Positions 19,744-28,538 of a DNA stretch of 64,000 bases are shown one piece after another. Source of the stretch: an uncultured archaeon (lineage in GTDB: Archaea; Thermoproteota; Nitrososphaeria; Nitrososphaerales; Gagatemarchaeaceae); contig CAWFOU010000001.1 in the NCBI GenBank assembly GCA_963817525.1, forward strand, positions 672,001 through 736,000. The letters are read 5' to 3'. The notes under the pieces were generated by a model. That model searched no databases. It saw nothing but the letters and a program-made list of their open reading frames with translations, and was not told the origin of the DNA. Made by a program: the position numbers and the translations under genes. The first letter of the stretch is position 1. Every line of letters begins with the position of its first letter.

Positions 19744-20143
19744 CATTTCCGAGCGTGAAATCCCAGGTGCTTCAGCCCCGGGATGAGAGAACCATGGGGG
19801 CTCTTATACAATCCACTCATCAGTGTCTCTGACCTATGGTAGGGCATACCAAAAGGAACACGCTTCCTCGCGAGAGCGAGCCTGTGGTGGGCGCGACGCC
19901 GCAGGGCGACGCCCGACAGGCAGACACGACGGCCTCTTCAGCCGCGCCAAAAGGAGCAGCGGTGGAAAGCCGCATTGATGAAGGAAGAACTTCAGCCCCT
20001 GACAACGGAGCAGCTTCCATACAAAACGCCCAGAGGGTCGCGCGCACGCGCGCGCCTCGGCTAAAAATCGCTACGACCACGAGACCTGTAGCGGGAGAAG
20101 AAGAGCATGGAAGCCCACGGCTTCAGCCGTGGGATGATGTCAC
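19744..20143 (+). mobile_element. Non-autonomous IS200/IS605-family element (PATE-like) without tnpA/tnpB
   Basis: TTTAA just 5' of the element; left-end AAAT + hairpin CCCAGGTGC-TTCA-GCCCCGGG; right-end GAAG + CCCACGGC-TTCA-GCCGTGGG + ATGATGTCAC. Confidence 0.8.
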
Positions 20144-20163
20144 AATCCTTCGCCCCGCCTAGG
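19830..20163 (+). ncRNA. Putative omegaRNA/reRNA-like scaffold plus flanking guide
   Basis: TTATA box at 19804-19808; TGGTA-GGGCA-TACCA hairpin and ACGC...GCCTGTGG resemble the tnpB 3'-overlapping RNA start; ends at the IS right end. Confidence 0.5.
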
Positions 20164-21157
20164 TGTCGCCCCGGTAGTCGGAGAGCTCCGCCTGGTACCC
20201 GTCGAGCGGCTTGGCGTCGAACCCCTCTCCCCGGAGGGTCCTCGCGAACTCGCTGGTGAAGCCGTGGGTGGTGTAGACCATCTCCGGCGAGACCTCCTTC
20301 ACCAGCCGGAGGAGCTCAAGGTAGTCGCAGTGGTCGCTGAGAGGGAAGGAGTAGTCTGCCCCGAGGAAGCTCCCGTACCCCCGCTCGATCGCCCACCCGC
20401 TGAAGGCCGCGAGCACCGCACCGTACTCCTTCTTGAGCCTGGCTGCGAGCTTGTTCCTCGAGCTCATCATCGGGGTGACCATCACCCACGGGCCCTGGGG
20501 GAGACCCTCGAGAGTCCGGGCGATGGTCTTGGCCTCCCTGAGAGGGACGCCGGACGCCCTGTAGATCTCGTTCATCTGCCCGACCGATTCGTGGACGAAG
20601 AACGGGTTCCACGAGGAGAAGAGGTATGAGAGGACCTGCGACTTGCCAAGCGGATATCCCATGAGCACCACAGGCCTCCCCTTGTCGAAGGTGTGTGAGA
20701 TCATCTCGTTCACGAGCTTGACCGTCTGGTCGAGAGGCGGGAAGACGTAGCGCGGGTCGCCGAAGGTCGTCTCCGTTATCAGTATCCTCGCCTTCTTCGT
20801 CCTGCACCTGCTCATGAAGGCCCTGTCCCTCCCCGCCGCGTCTCCGGTGTAGAGCAGCTCGTCGTGGATGTGCAGCGCCCTCGCGCCCAGGATGTGCCCC
20901 GAGTCGAGCAGCGAGACGCCCTCCGGCGGGTCGTGCACGTTCGAGCCCAGCTCCACACCCCTGGCGCGGGCGAGGACGGCGGTCTCCTTGGACGCGAGGA
21001 CCTTGGACTTTGGGTGCGGCTTCTCCACGTGGTCCATGTGGGCGTGGGAGACGAAGGTGTAGTCTGACTTGACCGACGCCTTGGGGTCGAGCGCGTACCT
21101 CGTGGCGCCCTGCTCCACTATGATGCCCGCCCCGAGTGATACGCGTGTCTTGCTCAA
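20159..21157 (-). CDS. MBL-fold metallohydrolase/exonuclease (beta-CASP-like)
   Basis: SHAHMDH, GHILGA, YTGD, ETTFG, GKSQ, LSDHCD. Confidence 0.88.
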   Translation of the reverse strand: MSKTRVSLGAGIIVEQGATRYALDPKASVKSDYTFVSHAHMDHVEKPHPKSKVLASKETAVLARARGVELGSNVHDPPEGVSLLDSGHILGARALHIHDELLYTGDAAGRDRAFMSRCRTKKARILITETTFGDPRYVFPPLDQTVKLVNEMISHTFDKGRPVVLMGYPLGKSQVLSYLFSSWNPFFVHESVGQMNEIYRASGVPLREAKTIARTLEGLPQGPWVMVTPMMSSRNKLAARLKKEYGAVLAAFSGWAIERGYGSFLGADYSFPLSDHCDYLELLRLVKEVSPEMVYTTHGFTSEFARTLRGEGFDAKPLDGYQAELSDYRGDT

Positions 21158-21375
21158 ATCTACGGACGGTCTTCCTTCACGTCGTGCCTCGACGGGAGAA
21201 GTTTATGACGTTTACCCCGGCTCGTCGTCGTCAGGGCCTGGCCCAACTAGGGTCATGCAAAGAACCGCAGAAGCGACCCCGGTCGTTCACTCCGACCAGA
21301 GCGACGAAGGCTGTCGGCGGCATTGAAACGCTCTGCTGAGGATGTGAGATCCGACCTGGCCACGGTCGAGCCCGG

Positions 21376-22200
21376 TCAACGAGTCTTGCGAATTATAGTC
21401 GTGACCTGCGACAGGGTATCCGCGATGTTCTTGTCCATCAGCTTCTTTCCGAGGCCGCAGTCGGCGACGACTCGCCGGTCCCTGAGGAGCCTCCGGGCGG
21501 TCCGTACCAGCTCCTTGTGCCGCGCCCGCAGGTCCTCGTATCTGCCTCCCGAGAGCTCTGGCAGGACGTAGTAGCCGAGCCCCATCAAGGCAGGGTTCTC
21601 CCTGAGGGCCTTCTTGGGGTCCCTCCTCGCCGTGGCGTTTATCTTCCTGAGCTTCGCCCTGTCGAGAAGGCCCAGGTAGAGGCCTACGGAGTGCTCTCCG
21701 TCGTCGGCGTGGGTGATCTCCACCCGGCGGTGCTTCCACCTCACCGTGGACCCCCTGGGGAAGGGACGGATGTAGCGGAAGGGGACGCCCGACGCTTCAG
21801 AGATGGCCGCCTCCTCCTCTTCCAGGAGGTTGTTCCCGCCGTGCCCGCTGACGACGACCACGAGCGAGACTTCGTTTCGTTGGAGTTCTCTTTGGAGCCC
21901 GACGACCCTTCTGACGTCCTGGACCACCCTCGCCCTCAGCTCGTCCCGTGGCAGGTAGCCCGGGTTCCAGTCCCTTGCCAGTTCGCCGGCCCTGTCGCCG
22001 GAGTACGGGAGGTGCCCGACATAGGTCAGGCCGAGCCGCAGGGAGACGGTCGTTGCCGTCATGATCGCGGCGCAGTCGTCGATGTTCGAGGCCAGGGCCG
22101 CGCCGTGGCTCTCGTTGGCCGCTCCGATTGAGAAGACCAGCACCCTCCTGTTCCTGCTCTCGAAGGGGCCGTTCTCCCTCTGGCTCTCGGCGCTCAGCAC
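21376..22200 (-). CDS. Creatininase/ArfB-like amidohydrolase
   Basis: ESHGAAL..NIDD, SGHGGN, HADDGE metal-binding motifs. Confidence 0.75.
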   Translation of the reverse strand: MLSAESQRENGPFESRNRRVLVFSIGAANESHGAALASNIDDCAAIMTATTVSLRLGLTYVGHLPYSGDRAGELARDWNPGYLPRDELRARVVQDVRRVVGLQRELQRNEVSLVVVVSGHGGNNLLEEEEAAISEASGVPFRYIRPFPRGSTVRWKHRRVEITHADDGEHSVGLYLGLLDRAKLRKINATARRDPKKALRENPALMGLGYYVLPELSGGRYEDLRARHKELVRTARRLLRDRRVVADCGLGKKLMDKNIADTLSQVTTIIRKTR

Positions 22201-22310
22201 GAGGTGCCGGACTCACCGCGGCGCTTTTATCCTGTTCTCCGGTGCTTCAGGGCGTTTTTGCCCGTTCGGGATCGGAAGCTCCGCGTTCCTCATGAGGATG
22301 ACGTCTGAGC

Positions 22311-22715
22311 TTAGCCGAGCTCGGAGGGGATGGACCGCAAGACAGCAGCCAAGCCGTCTCGCTCCCCCGACCCCGGGCCGGTCGTGATGCCGAACTCGCG
22401 TCTGACATCCCTGACGAGCATGTGCTCAAAGACGTCGGCTCCCGCCGACCCTATGAGAGCCCGCAACCCGTCCATGAACTCGGCAGGCTTGTCCGCCACC
22501 TCGTCGAGACCCACCTTCTTGGTGACGGAAAGGTTCCAAAGGATGACCTGCTGCATCGTAGCGCTCGTGCCGATCACGCTGAACGCGCGAATGACGCAAT
22601 CCCTGATCTTCGTCGCGAAGGTCGTGTGTCTATCAACATAGTCGAACGAGGCGATCTGATTCGAGTGAAAGAGAGAGCCGGGAAATTGGCCTTTGCTTGC
22701 TGTCGTGGATTCCAT
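22311..22715 (-). CDS. Hypothetical protein
   Basis: ATG ORF with helical pattern (PAEFMDGLRALIGSAGA..FE); AT-rich box upstream near 22740. Confidence 0.6.
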   Translation of the reverse strand: MESTTASKGQFPGSLFHSNQIASFDYVDRHTTFATKIRDCVIRAFSVIGTSATMQQVILWNLSVTKKVGLDEVADKPAEFMDGLRALIGSAGADVFEHMLVRDVRREFGITTGPGSGERDGLAAVLRSIPSELG

Positions 22716-22887
22716 GGCTCGTGTTGGGTCTCGTCCGAATATAATGCGACCGCAGCGAGGACATGTGGCCTAGCTCTATGTTTGAACTAGAGTTCTTCTC
22801 TTCTTGCTGGTTTTACAAGCTTTCAATGGGCAAAAGTGCGATTCTCGCACGTTTCTTGGCTTCGCCCGGAGCAGCGAGCTTTCCAGG

Positions 22888-23395
22888 TCACTTGAACTTG
22901 CCGAAGAGCCGCTTGAAGAACCCGCCTGTCTTCTGGGGTTCTGGGGCTGAGACGCCCTCGCTCGCCTCGGGGGTGACGGGCGCCTGTTCTTGGGCGGGAG
23001 CTGCCGGGGCGGCGTTCACCTTCGCGACGACATCTTCGACTATCGTGACCTGGGGAGCCGCGGAGACCTCTGGTTCGGGGCTCGGCGCGTGGCCGGCATC
23101 CAACCATCCCTGGCTCGCCGCGACGGCTGTCGCCTCCCGGATCTCCGGGATCTCGGAGATCTCGCTGATCTCTGGGGCCCTCGGGGGCGGAGTCCGCTAC
23201 CGGCAGTGCGGGCGCGCCGGACTCCCTCCTCTGGAAGAAGACGTCGTTGTATGAAGCTCTAGCCGAAGGCTTGACCTCCACCACTGCCTTCGCTTGACCG
23301 GCGCCCTCGGACGCGACGGGCGCTGCCGCCTGGGCGGCCTTTGCTCGCTCGCTCCTCGCCCTGTTGAGGGGGTCGTCCCCTAGACGTCTGGACAA
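22888..23395 (-). CDS. ParA partner protein with apparent 1-nt frameshift and C-terminal amphipathic helix
   Basis: Overlaps parA stop; N-term MSRRLGDDPL. Removing one G near 23180 gives ...EAPEISEISEIPEIRE...GGFFKRLFGKFK*. Confidence 0.6.
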
Positions 23396-24282
23396 TTCAG
23401 TATCTCCTTGGCGAGCTCGCGGTAGGCCTTGGCTCCAGAAGAATCCGAGTCGTACTCGAAGATCGACTTGTGGTGGCTCGGGGCCTCCGCCAGCCGCACG
23501 TTGATCGGGATGACGGTCGTGAAGACGCGCTCGTTGAACTCGTCCCTCACCTTCTCCGCCACTTCCCTGGATATCAGAGTCCTCCTGTCGTACATGGTCA
23601 GGACGACCCCGATGACCTTCAGGGCGGGGTTGATGTCCTCCCTCACCTTCTGGACGGTCTCCTGGAGGTGGACGACGCCGTCCATCGCGAAGTAGTGGGT
23701 CTGGACAGGGATTATCACGCCGCTAGAAGCGGTGAGTGTGTTCACCATGAGGAGGCCTAGGGACGGTGGCGTGTCGATGAAGACAAAGTCGTAGCCGCGC
23801 GAGCCGTCGGTGACCGTCTTGAGCTTCTTCTTGAGCTTGAACTGCATGTTGATGTCGTTCGCCAGCCTGATCTGGCAGGAGCTCAGGTCCTGGTGAGACG
23901 GGACGATGTCGAGGTTCTCCCTGATCCCCTGCATCACGACGTCGTCGAGGGATACGGAGTCGTCAAGGAGCAGGTCAGCGGCGGTCTTTCCCGCCGGGCT
24001 CCCGGGCGCGACGAGGTAGTCGGTCGCGTTGGCCTGCGGGTCTAGGTCGATGATGAGCACCCTGTTCCCCAGCGACGCGAGCTGGCACGAGAGGTTCACG
24101 GTCAGGTCGGTCTTCCCCACCCCTCCCTTTTGGTTAGCGACCGCGATGATACGGGCCGACCCCTGCTTGGTCGCGAGCGTCGTCTTCGATCCTGACGAAG
24201 AAGCCTTGCTGAGGGTTCCCATTTGGTTCGTCTCGTCTCTCATGTGGGGGCGTTCCGGATAATAATCCCGAGGTGATTTCAT
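23380..24282 (-). CDS. parA: ParA/Soj-family ATPase
   Basis: NQKGGVGKT, IDLDPQAN, IDTPPSLG, IPVQ, VRLAEAPS; true start probably downstream of 24282. Confidence 0.93.
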   Translation of the reverse strand: MKSPRDYYPERPHMRDETNQMGTLSKASSSGSKTTLATKQGSARIIAVANQKGGVGKTDLTVNLSCQLASLGNRVLIIDLDPQANATDYLVAPGSPAGKTAADLLLDDSVSLDDVVMQGIRENLDIVPSHQDLSSCQIRLANDINMQFKLKKKLKTVTDGSRGYDFVFIDTPPSLGLLMVNTLTASSGVIIPVQTHYFAMDGVVHLQETVQKVREDINPALKVIGVVLTMYDRRTLISREVAEKVRDEFNERVFTTVIPINVRLAEAPSHHKSIFEYDSDSSGAKAYRELAKEILNCPDV

Positions 24283-24336
24283 TTACATCTCGAGGCCAAC
24301 TCATCTTTACCTCATCGCCCGCTGAGGCAGTTCGGA

Positions 24337-24495
24337 CTACTTGTCCTTCCGGTGGAAAAAGTCGAACTTCTTGACTGGCCCCTTGTAGTGCTCGTTCCTG
24401 GGACAGTGAGGCCCGCACTTCTCCTTGATGGGGTGGTTGTGCCCCTGCCCTTTCTTCTCCTCTTTCACTTCCGTCCTCTTGCGGTAGGAAGCCAT
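24337..24495 (-). CDS. Small basic 52-aa protein with a His/Cys cluster (not in ORF track)
   Basis: MASYRKRTEVKEEKKGQGHNHPIKEKCGPHCPRNEHYKGPVKKFDFFHRKDK*; host-like codon use; TTAATA box ~35 nt upstream. Confidence 0.6.
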   Translation of the reverse strand: MASYRKRTEVKEEKKGQGHNHPIKEKCGPHCPRNEHYKGPVKKFDFFHRKDK

Positions 24496-24582
24496 CTTAG
24501 CGAGCTGAGAGCTAATTCGCCTCGCGCCTATTAAGTGCTGTCGGTCGCCCGACTCTGGTTCCCAGCCCAGCCGAGTATGCCG

Positions 24583-26952
24583 CTAGGCGGCCCGGGATAG
24601 CCTGATCACCTTCCAGGAGTTCGGCCTGAGCTCGACCTTCGCCTCGAACCTGCTGAGGAGCTTGACCCGCTCCGTTGCGCTCCAGAGGCCCGTCTCCTGC
24701 TGGAGCTCTTCGACCTGCCCGAAGAGGGCGGTCGAGAAGGCCTTGGACTTTAGCGTCGCGGAGACAGTCCCGGAGAAGGCCGCGCCCGTCGGATTGCCCA
24801 GGCAGAGGAGCGAAGAGTTGTTGTCCCAGAAGAGGAGCCCCTCGAGTCCAGCCTGAGTGCCCATCCTTTCGCACTCGGGGAAGCGGGAGACCGTGGGCTT
24901 CCTTCCCGTCTTGAAGGCGTCGTCGACGGCGTCCTGGTCGAAGCTGGAGACGACGAAGGTACGGCCGGCCGACCTGCCCACGAACATCGAGCCCAGCCGC
25001 CCCAGGTCGAGGCCGTGGAGGAAGAGCCACCTCAACTGCGAAGCCTCTGGGACCTTGAACCTTGCCCCCTGGGAGCTCAAGGAGAGGCCCGCCTCACCGA
25101 ACGCAACCGCCTCCACCAGCCTGGCGGCCGCCACCGGGTCGGAGCCGTGAGCCATGACCTGCCTTCGCGCGGGGTCGATCCAGTATGGGATCTCTCCGGG
25201 CACGCCACCGAGGCGCTCCGAGTCCATGTGGACTAGCCTGGCGACCTTCTCGAGCTGCGAGCTCCCCAGGCTCGGGTACCCGGTGAGGAAGGCCAGGGTC
25301 GCGTGCGAAAGGGCGGCCCGCGTCCAATAGCCGCCGAGCTGTCCCTCCGCGTAGTTCGGGCTGTAGTAGAGGTTGTTGGAGGCCGCCACGGTGCGCGGGC
25401 CGTATCCCGTCTCGAAGTCCTTCTCCAGCAGCCTGTGCACGACGGAGGAAGCGAGGTTCTGGTCGGGGGAGCAGTACGAGAGCCCCACCGCCTGGTCCAC
25501 TGTGATCTCCTTGTGCACGACGCCGCGGCCGTCGACGTTGAGCGCCAGCGCGCCGCTCTCCGAGTCCCTCAGCCGCTCGCTGAGGGCGTTGAGGAGCCTC
25601 GCGCTGAGCTCGCGGAACTTTGCCGAGTCGCTCCCCTTCCCAGCCAGGTAGGCGATGCTCGACGCGTCCCTCAGCGCCCTCGTGGCCAGGAGGTTCACCT
25701 CGGCGGTGCGGCCCGTGGGGAACCCCGCACCCAGGCGGCGGCGCCAGCCGTCCGGGGACTCGGAAGAGGACGGGACGAGCCCCTCGGAGATGAGGCCCGC
25801 GAGGCCGTCGGCGACCTTTTTCGCGTGCGGATACCACTTCTTAGCGAGCTTCTTGTCGCGCGCCCTCGCGCTGAGGTAGGCGCAGACCGCGATGACGTAG
25901 AGAGAGGACTCCACCGGCCCCGCCCTGTCTGCGCGCTCGCTCCAAGGCGCGCTCTCCGAGTAGCGCAGGGTGCCGTCCTTCCTGGTGGCTCGCCTCGAGG
26001 ACTCTGCGAGCCTCTCGAAGTAGCCGGGCCTGACCAGCGACAGCGCCACGCTCGACCACAGCCTCTCGGCGAGGTTGCCCTCCCCCTCGATGGCGAAGAG
26101 CGCCGCGCTGGCCCAGTCGAAGGCGAAGTTCAGGGAGGAGCTGGACGAGGCGAACCCCGGTCTCGCCTCGAGGGCGTCGCCCTCGCGCTCCGCTTGGCTC
26201 GGGGCCGCCGCGTTGAGGGCTGATTCGAGCGAGGACGGGTGGTAGACCGAGACGCTCCGCACCTCGGCTGTCGCGCCGGGCGGGAGGTCGAGGTCATGCT
26301 GGGTGAGCAGTATGACCGAACCGGACATCCCGAGCGAGCTCTCTGGGAGCTCTCCCAGGGAAAGGAGCTCCGCGGCCCGGTTCCTGTCCTTTGTCATGTA
26401 GATGATCGAGGGCCGCGGGGAGAAGCCGACGACGCGAACGCCCGTCGTGTCCCCGACGTCGTCCATGACGACCTGGTCGTGGCGGTTGAAGGCATTGACG
26501 CCTATCTCGCCCGGAGGGTCGCGCTCCCTCCGGTAGTTCAGGGAAGTGGGGTCGTGGAGGGTGAGAACCCTCACCTTTGCCACCCCTTCGCCTCTGTTCG
26601 TGAGCCTCACCGACCTCACAGAGCCGCTGCAGTCCCCCGCAACGAGCCGGAAGGAGCTCGCCGCCTGGACCTTGTCCTGGCCGCGGGGGGAGAAGGAGAC
26701 CGCCGTGGGGGTCGCCATCAAGGCGACGTCCTGGGACTTTACAGAGATCTTGACCCCGCTCTGGATCTTGAACACCTCGACCGCCTCCCTCCCGAAGATG
26801 ATCCTCTTCGCCGCCGCGCTGCTGACCCACGAGGAGGACCCGTCGGGCTCCACCCTGGCCTTCAGGTCGCGCCTGAAGAGGTACACGCTGCGCTTCAGCT
26901 GGGAGGCGGTAAGCTCGCGCGCGTGTGAGAACTGTGAAAGCTCGCGCTGCAT
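24583..26952 (-). CDS. Glycogen-debranching/amylo-alpha-1,6-glucosidase-like (alpha/alpha)6-barrel protein
   Basis: TAEVNLL, FETGYGPRT..Y.PNY..G...GGYW segments resemble GDE C-terminal families; start set at MQREL. Confidence 0.55.
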   Translation of the reverse strand: MQRELSQFSHARELTASQLKRSVYLFRRDLKARVEPDGSSSWVSSAAAKRIIFGREAVEVFKIQSGVKISVKSQDVALMATPTAVSFSPRGQDKVQAASSFRLVAGDCSGSVRSVRLTNRGEGVAKVRVLTLHDPTSLNYRRERDPPGEIGVNAFNRHDQVVMDDVGDTTGVRVVGFSPRPSIIYMTKDRNRAAELLSLGELPESSLGMSGSVILLTQHDLDLPPGATAEVRSVSVYHPSSLESALNAAAPSQAEREGDALEARPGFASSSSSLNFAFDWASAALFAIEGEGNLAERLWSSVALSLVRPGYFERLAESSRRATRKDGTLRYSESAPWSERADRAGPVESSLYVIAVCAYLSARARDKKLAKKWYPHAKKVADGLAGLISEGLVPSSSESPDGWRRRLGAGFPTGRTAEVNLLATRALRDASSIAYLAGKGSDSAKFRELSARLLNALSERLRDSESGALALNVDGRGVVHKEITVDQAVGLSYCSPDQNLASSVVHRLLEKDFETGYGPRTVAASNNLYYSPNYAEGQLGGYWTRAALSHATLAFLTGYPSLGSSQLEKVARLVHMDSERLGGVPGEIPYWIDPARRQVMAHGSDPVAAARLVEAVAFGEAGLSLSSQGARFKVPEASQLRWLFLHGLDLGRLGSMFVGRSAGRTFVVSSFDQDAVDDAFKTGRKPTVSRFPECERMGTQAGLEGLLFWDNNSSLLCLGNPTGAAFSGTVSATLKSKAFSTALFGQVEELQQETGLWSATERVKLLSRFEAKVELRPNSWKVIRLSRAA

Positions 26953-27013
26953 CTGCGTGGGAGGTCGCGGACGGTGAACTAATGCACGGGGATTGAACCT
27001 ACTTGAGCATGTG

Positions 27014-28450
27014 TTAAGTCGCCGTTGACAAGACCCGCCACACAGGCCCGGCTGGGGTGTCCTGGACAACCACCCCCCTCTCCTTGAGCTTCTCGCGCAG
27101 GAGGTCGGCCCTCGCGTAGTCCTTAGCCTTCCTCGCCCCCTCCCGCTCGTCCACCAAGGCCTGTATCTCCGCGTCCTGGGACCCTGGCGCCAGGCCTTGC
27201 TTTCTTGAGAGCTGCAACACCCCGAGGACCTCGTCCACCTCCGCCAGGGCGTCGACGAGGAGCCGATAGTCGCCCCGCGACATACCCTTGGAGTCGATCA
27301 GCGCGTTGACCTGGCGCTGGAAGCCGAAGAGCGCGGCCAGCGCCTTTGGGGTGTTCAGGTCGTCGTCCATCGCCCGGCCGAAGCTCTGGAGGAGCGACTT
27401 TACCGGCTTGACCGCGCGGGAAGCCTTCCCCCTGGGGGCGGAGTCTAGGCCCTGTTGGAGCCTCTCGTCGAACTGCTCGACCTTCTTCATCGTGGCGTCG
27501 GCCTGCGCCAAGGAGGTGTCCGTGAGGTTGAGCTCGTCCCGGTAGTGTCCGCTGATCAGGAAGAGCCTGATGGCCTGCGGGCTCCACCCCTGCTTGAGCA
27601 GGTCCCTGAGTGTGACGAAGTTCCCGAGCGACTTGCTCATCTTCTCCCCGTCGATGTTGAGGAACTCGGAGTGCATCCAGACCTTTACGAAGGGCTTCCC
27701 TGTGAGCGCCTCGGACTGGGCTATCTCGTTCTCGTGGTGCGGGAACCTAAGGTCCTTCCCTCCCGTGTGGATGTCGAGGCTGGGGCCCAGGTACTTCATC
27801 GACATCACGGAGCACTCTATGTGCCAGCCCGGCCTCCCCTTGCCCAGCCGCGTCTCCCAGAAGACCGCGCCGTCGTCGGGGTCCCACGCCTTCCAGAGCG
27901 CAAAGTCGTTGGCGCCCATCTTCTCGTAGTGGTCCGCAGCCACCCTTGTGCCGGACTTGACCTCCGCCTGCTTGATACCCGAGAGCCTGCCGTAGCGGGG
28001 GAACTTTTGTATCGAGTAGTAGACTGAGCCGTCGGCCTCCTGGTAGGCGTAGCCCTTCTTGATGAGCGACTCGACCGCCGCCACGATCTCCTCGATGAAC
28101 TCCGTCGCCCGGGGGTAGTGCTCCGCCCTCTGGACGTCGAGGGTCTGGAGGTCCTCCATGAAGGCGGCCGTGTAATAGTCGGTGAGCTCCTTCAGGCTCT
28201 TGCCGGTCCTCTTGATGCCCTCGATTATCTTGTCCTCCACGTCGGTGATGTTCTTGACCTGAGTCACGCGGTACCCCCTGTAGATGAGGTGCCTCCTCAG
28301 GACGTCCTCGAAGACGAAGGTCCGGAAGTTGCCGATGTGCGCGTAGTTGTACACGGTCGGCCCGCACGTGTACATCCTGACCCTCTTCCCGGAGCGGGGC
28401 TTGAACCTAGCGGGCCTCCTCCCGAGCGTGTTGTAGAGGACTAGCGCCAT
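27014..28450 (-). CDS. cysS: Cysteinyl-tRNA synthetase
   Basis: CGPTVY..HIGN, DFALWK, GRPGWHIECS, FPHHENE, KMSKS. Confidence 0.97.
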   Translation of the reverse strand: MALVLYNTLGRRPARFKPRSGKRVRMYTCGPTVYNYAHIGNFRTFVFEDVLRRHLIYRGYRVTQVKNITDVEDKIIEGIKRTGKSLKELTDYYTAAFMEDLQTLDVQRAEHYPRATEFIEEIVAAVESLIKKGYAYQEADGSVYYSIQKFPRYGRLSGIKQAEVKSGTRVAADHYEKMGANDFALWKAWDPDDGAVFWETRLGKGRPGWHIECSVMSMKYLGPSLDIHTGGKDLRFPHHENEIAQSEALTGKPFVKVWMHSEFLNIDGEKMSKSLGNFVTLRDLLKQGWSPQAIRLFLISGHYRDELNLTDTSLAQADATMKKVEQFDERLQQGLDSAPRGKASRAVKPVKSLLQSFGRAMDDDLNTPKALAALFGFQRQVNALIDSKGMSRGDYRLLVDALAEVDEVLGVLQLSRKQGLAPGSQDAEIQALVDEREGARKAKDYARADLLREKLKERGVVVQDTPAGPVWRVLSTAT

Positions 28451-28538
28451 CCGGACACCCCGCTCCCGCCGAGTGCGTCATAAGGTCTTCTTCGGGGCGC
28501 AAAATAAAAAGGAGGGGAGAGTCCCGCTGGTCGACTGA

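Noticed and set aside
19836-20162. 108-aa ORF inside the IS200/IS605-like element
   Set aside because: No RuvC, zinc-finger or HUH motifs; it runs through the right-end hairpin and is better explained as RNA scaffold
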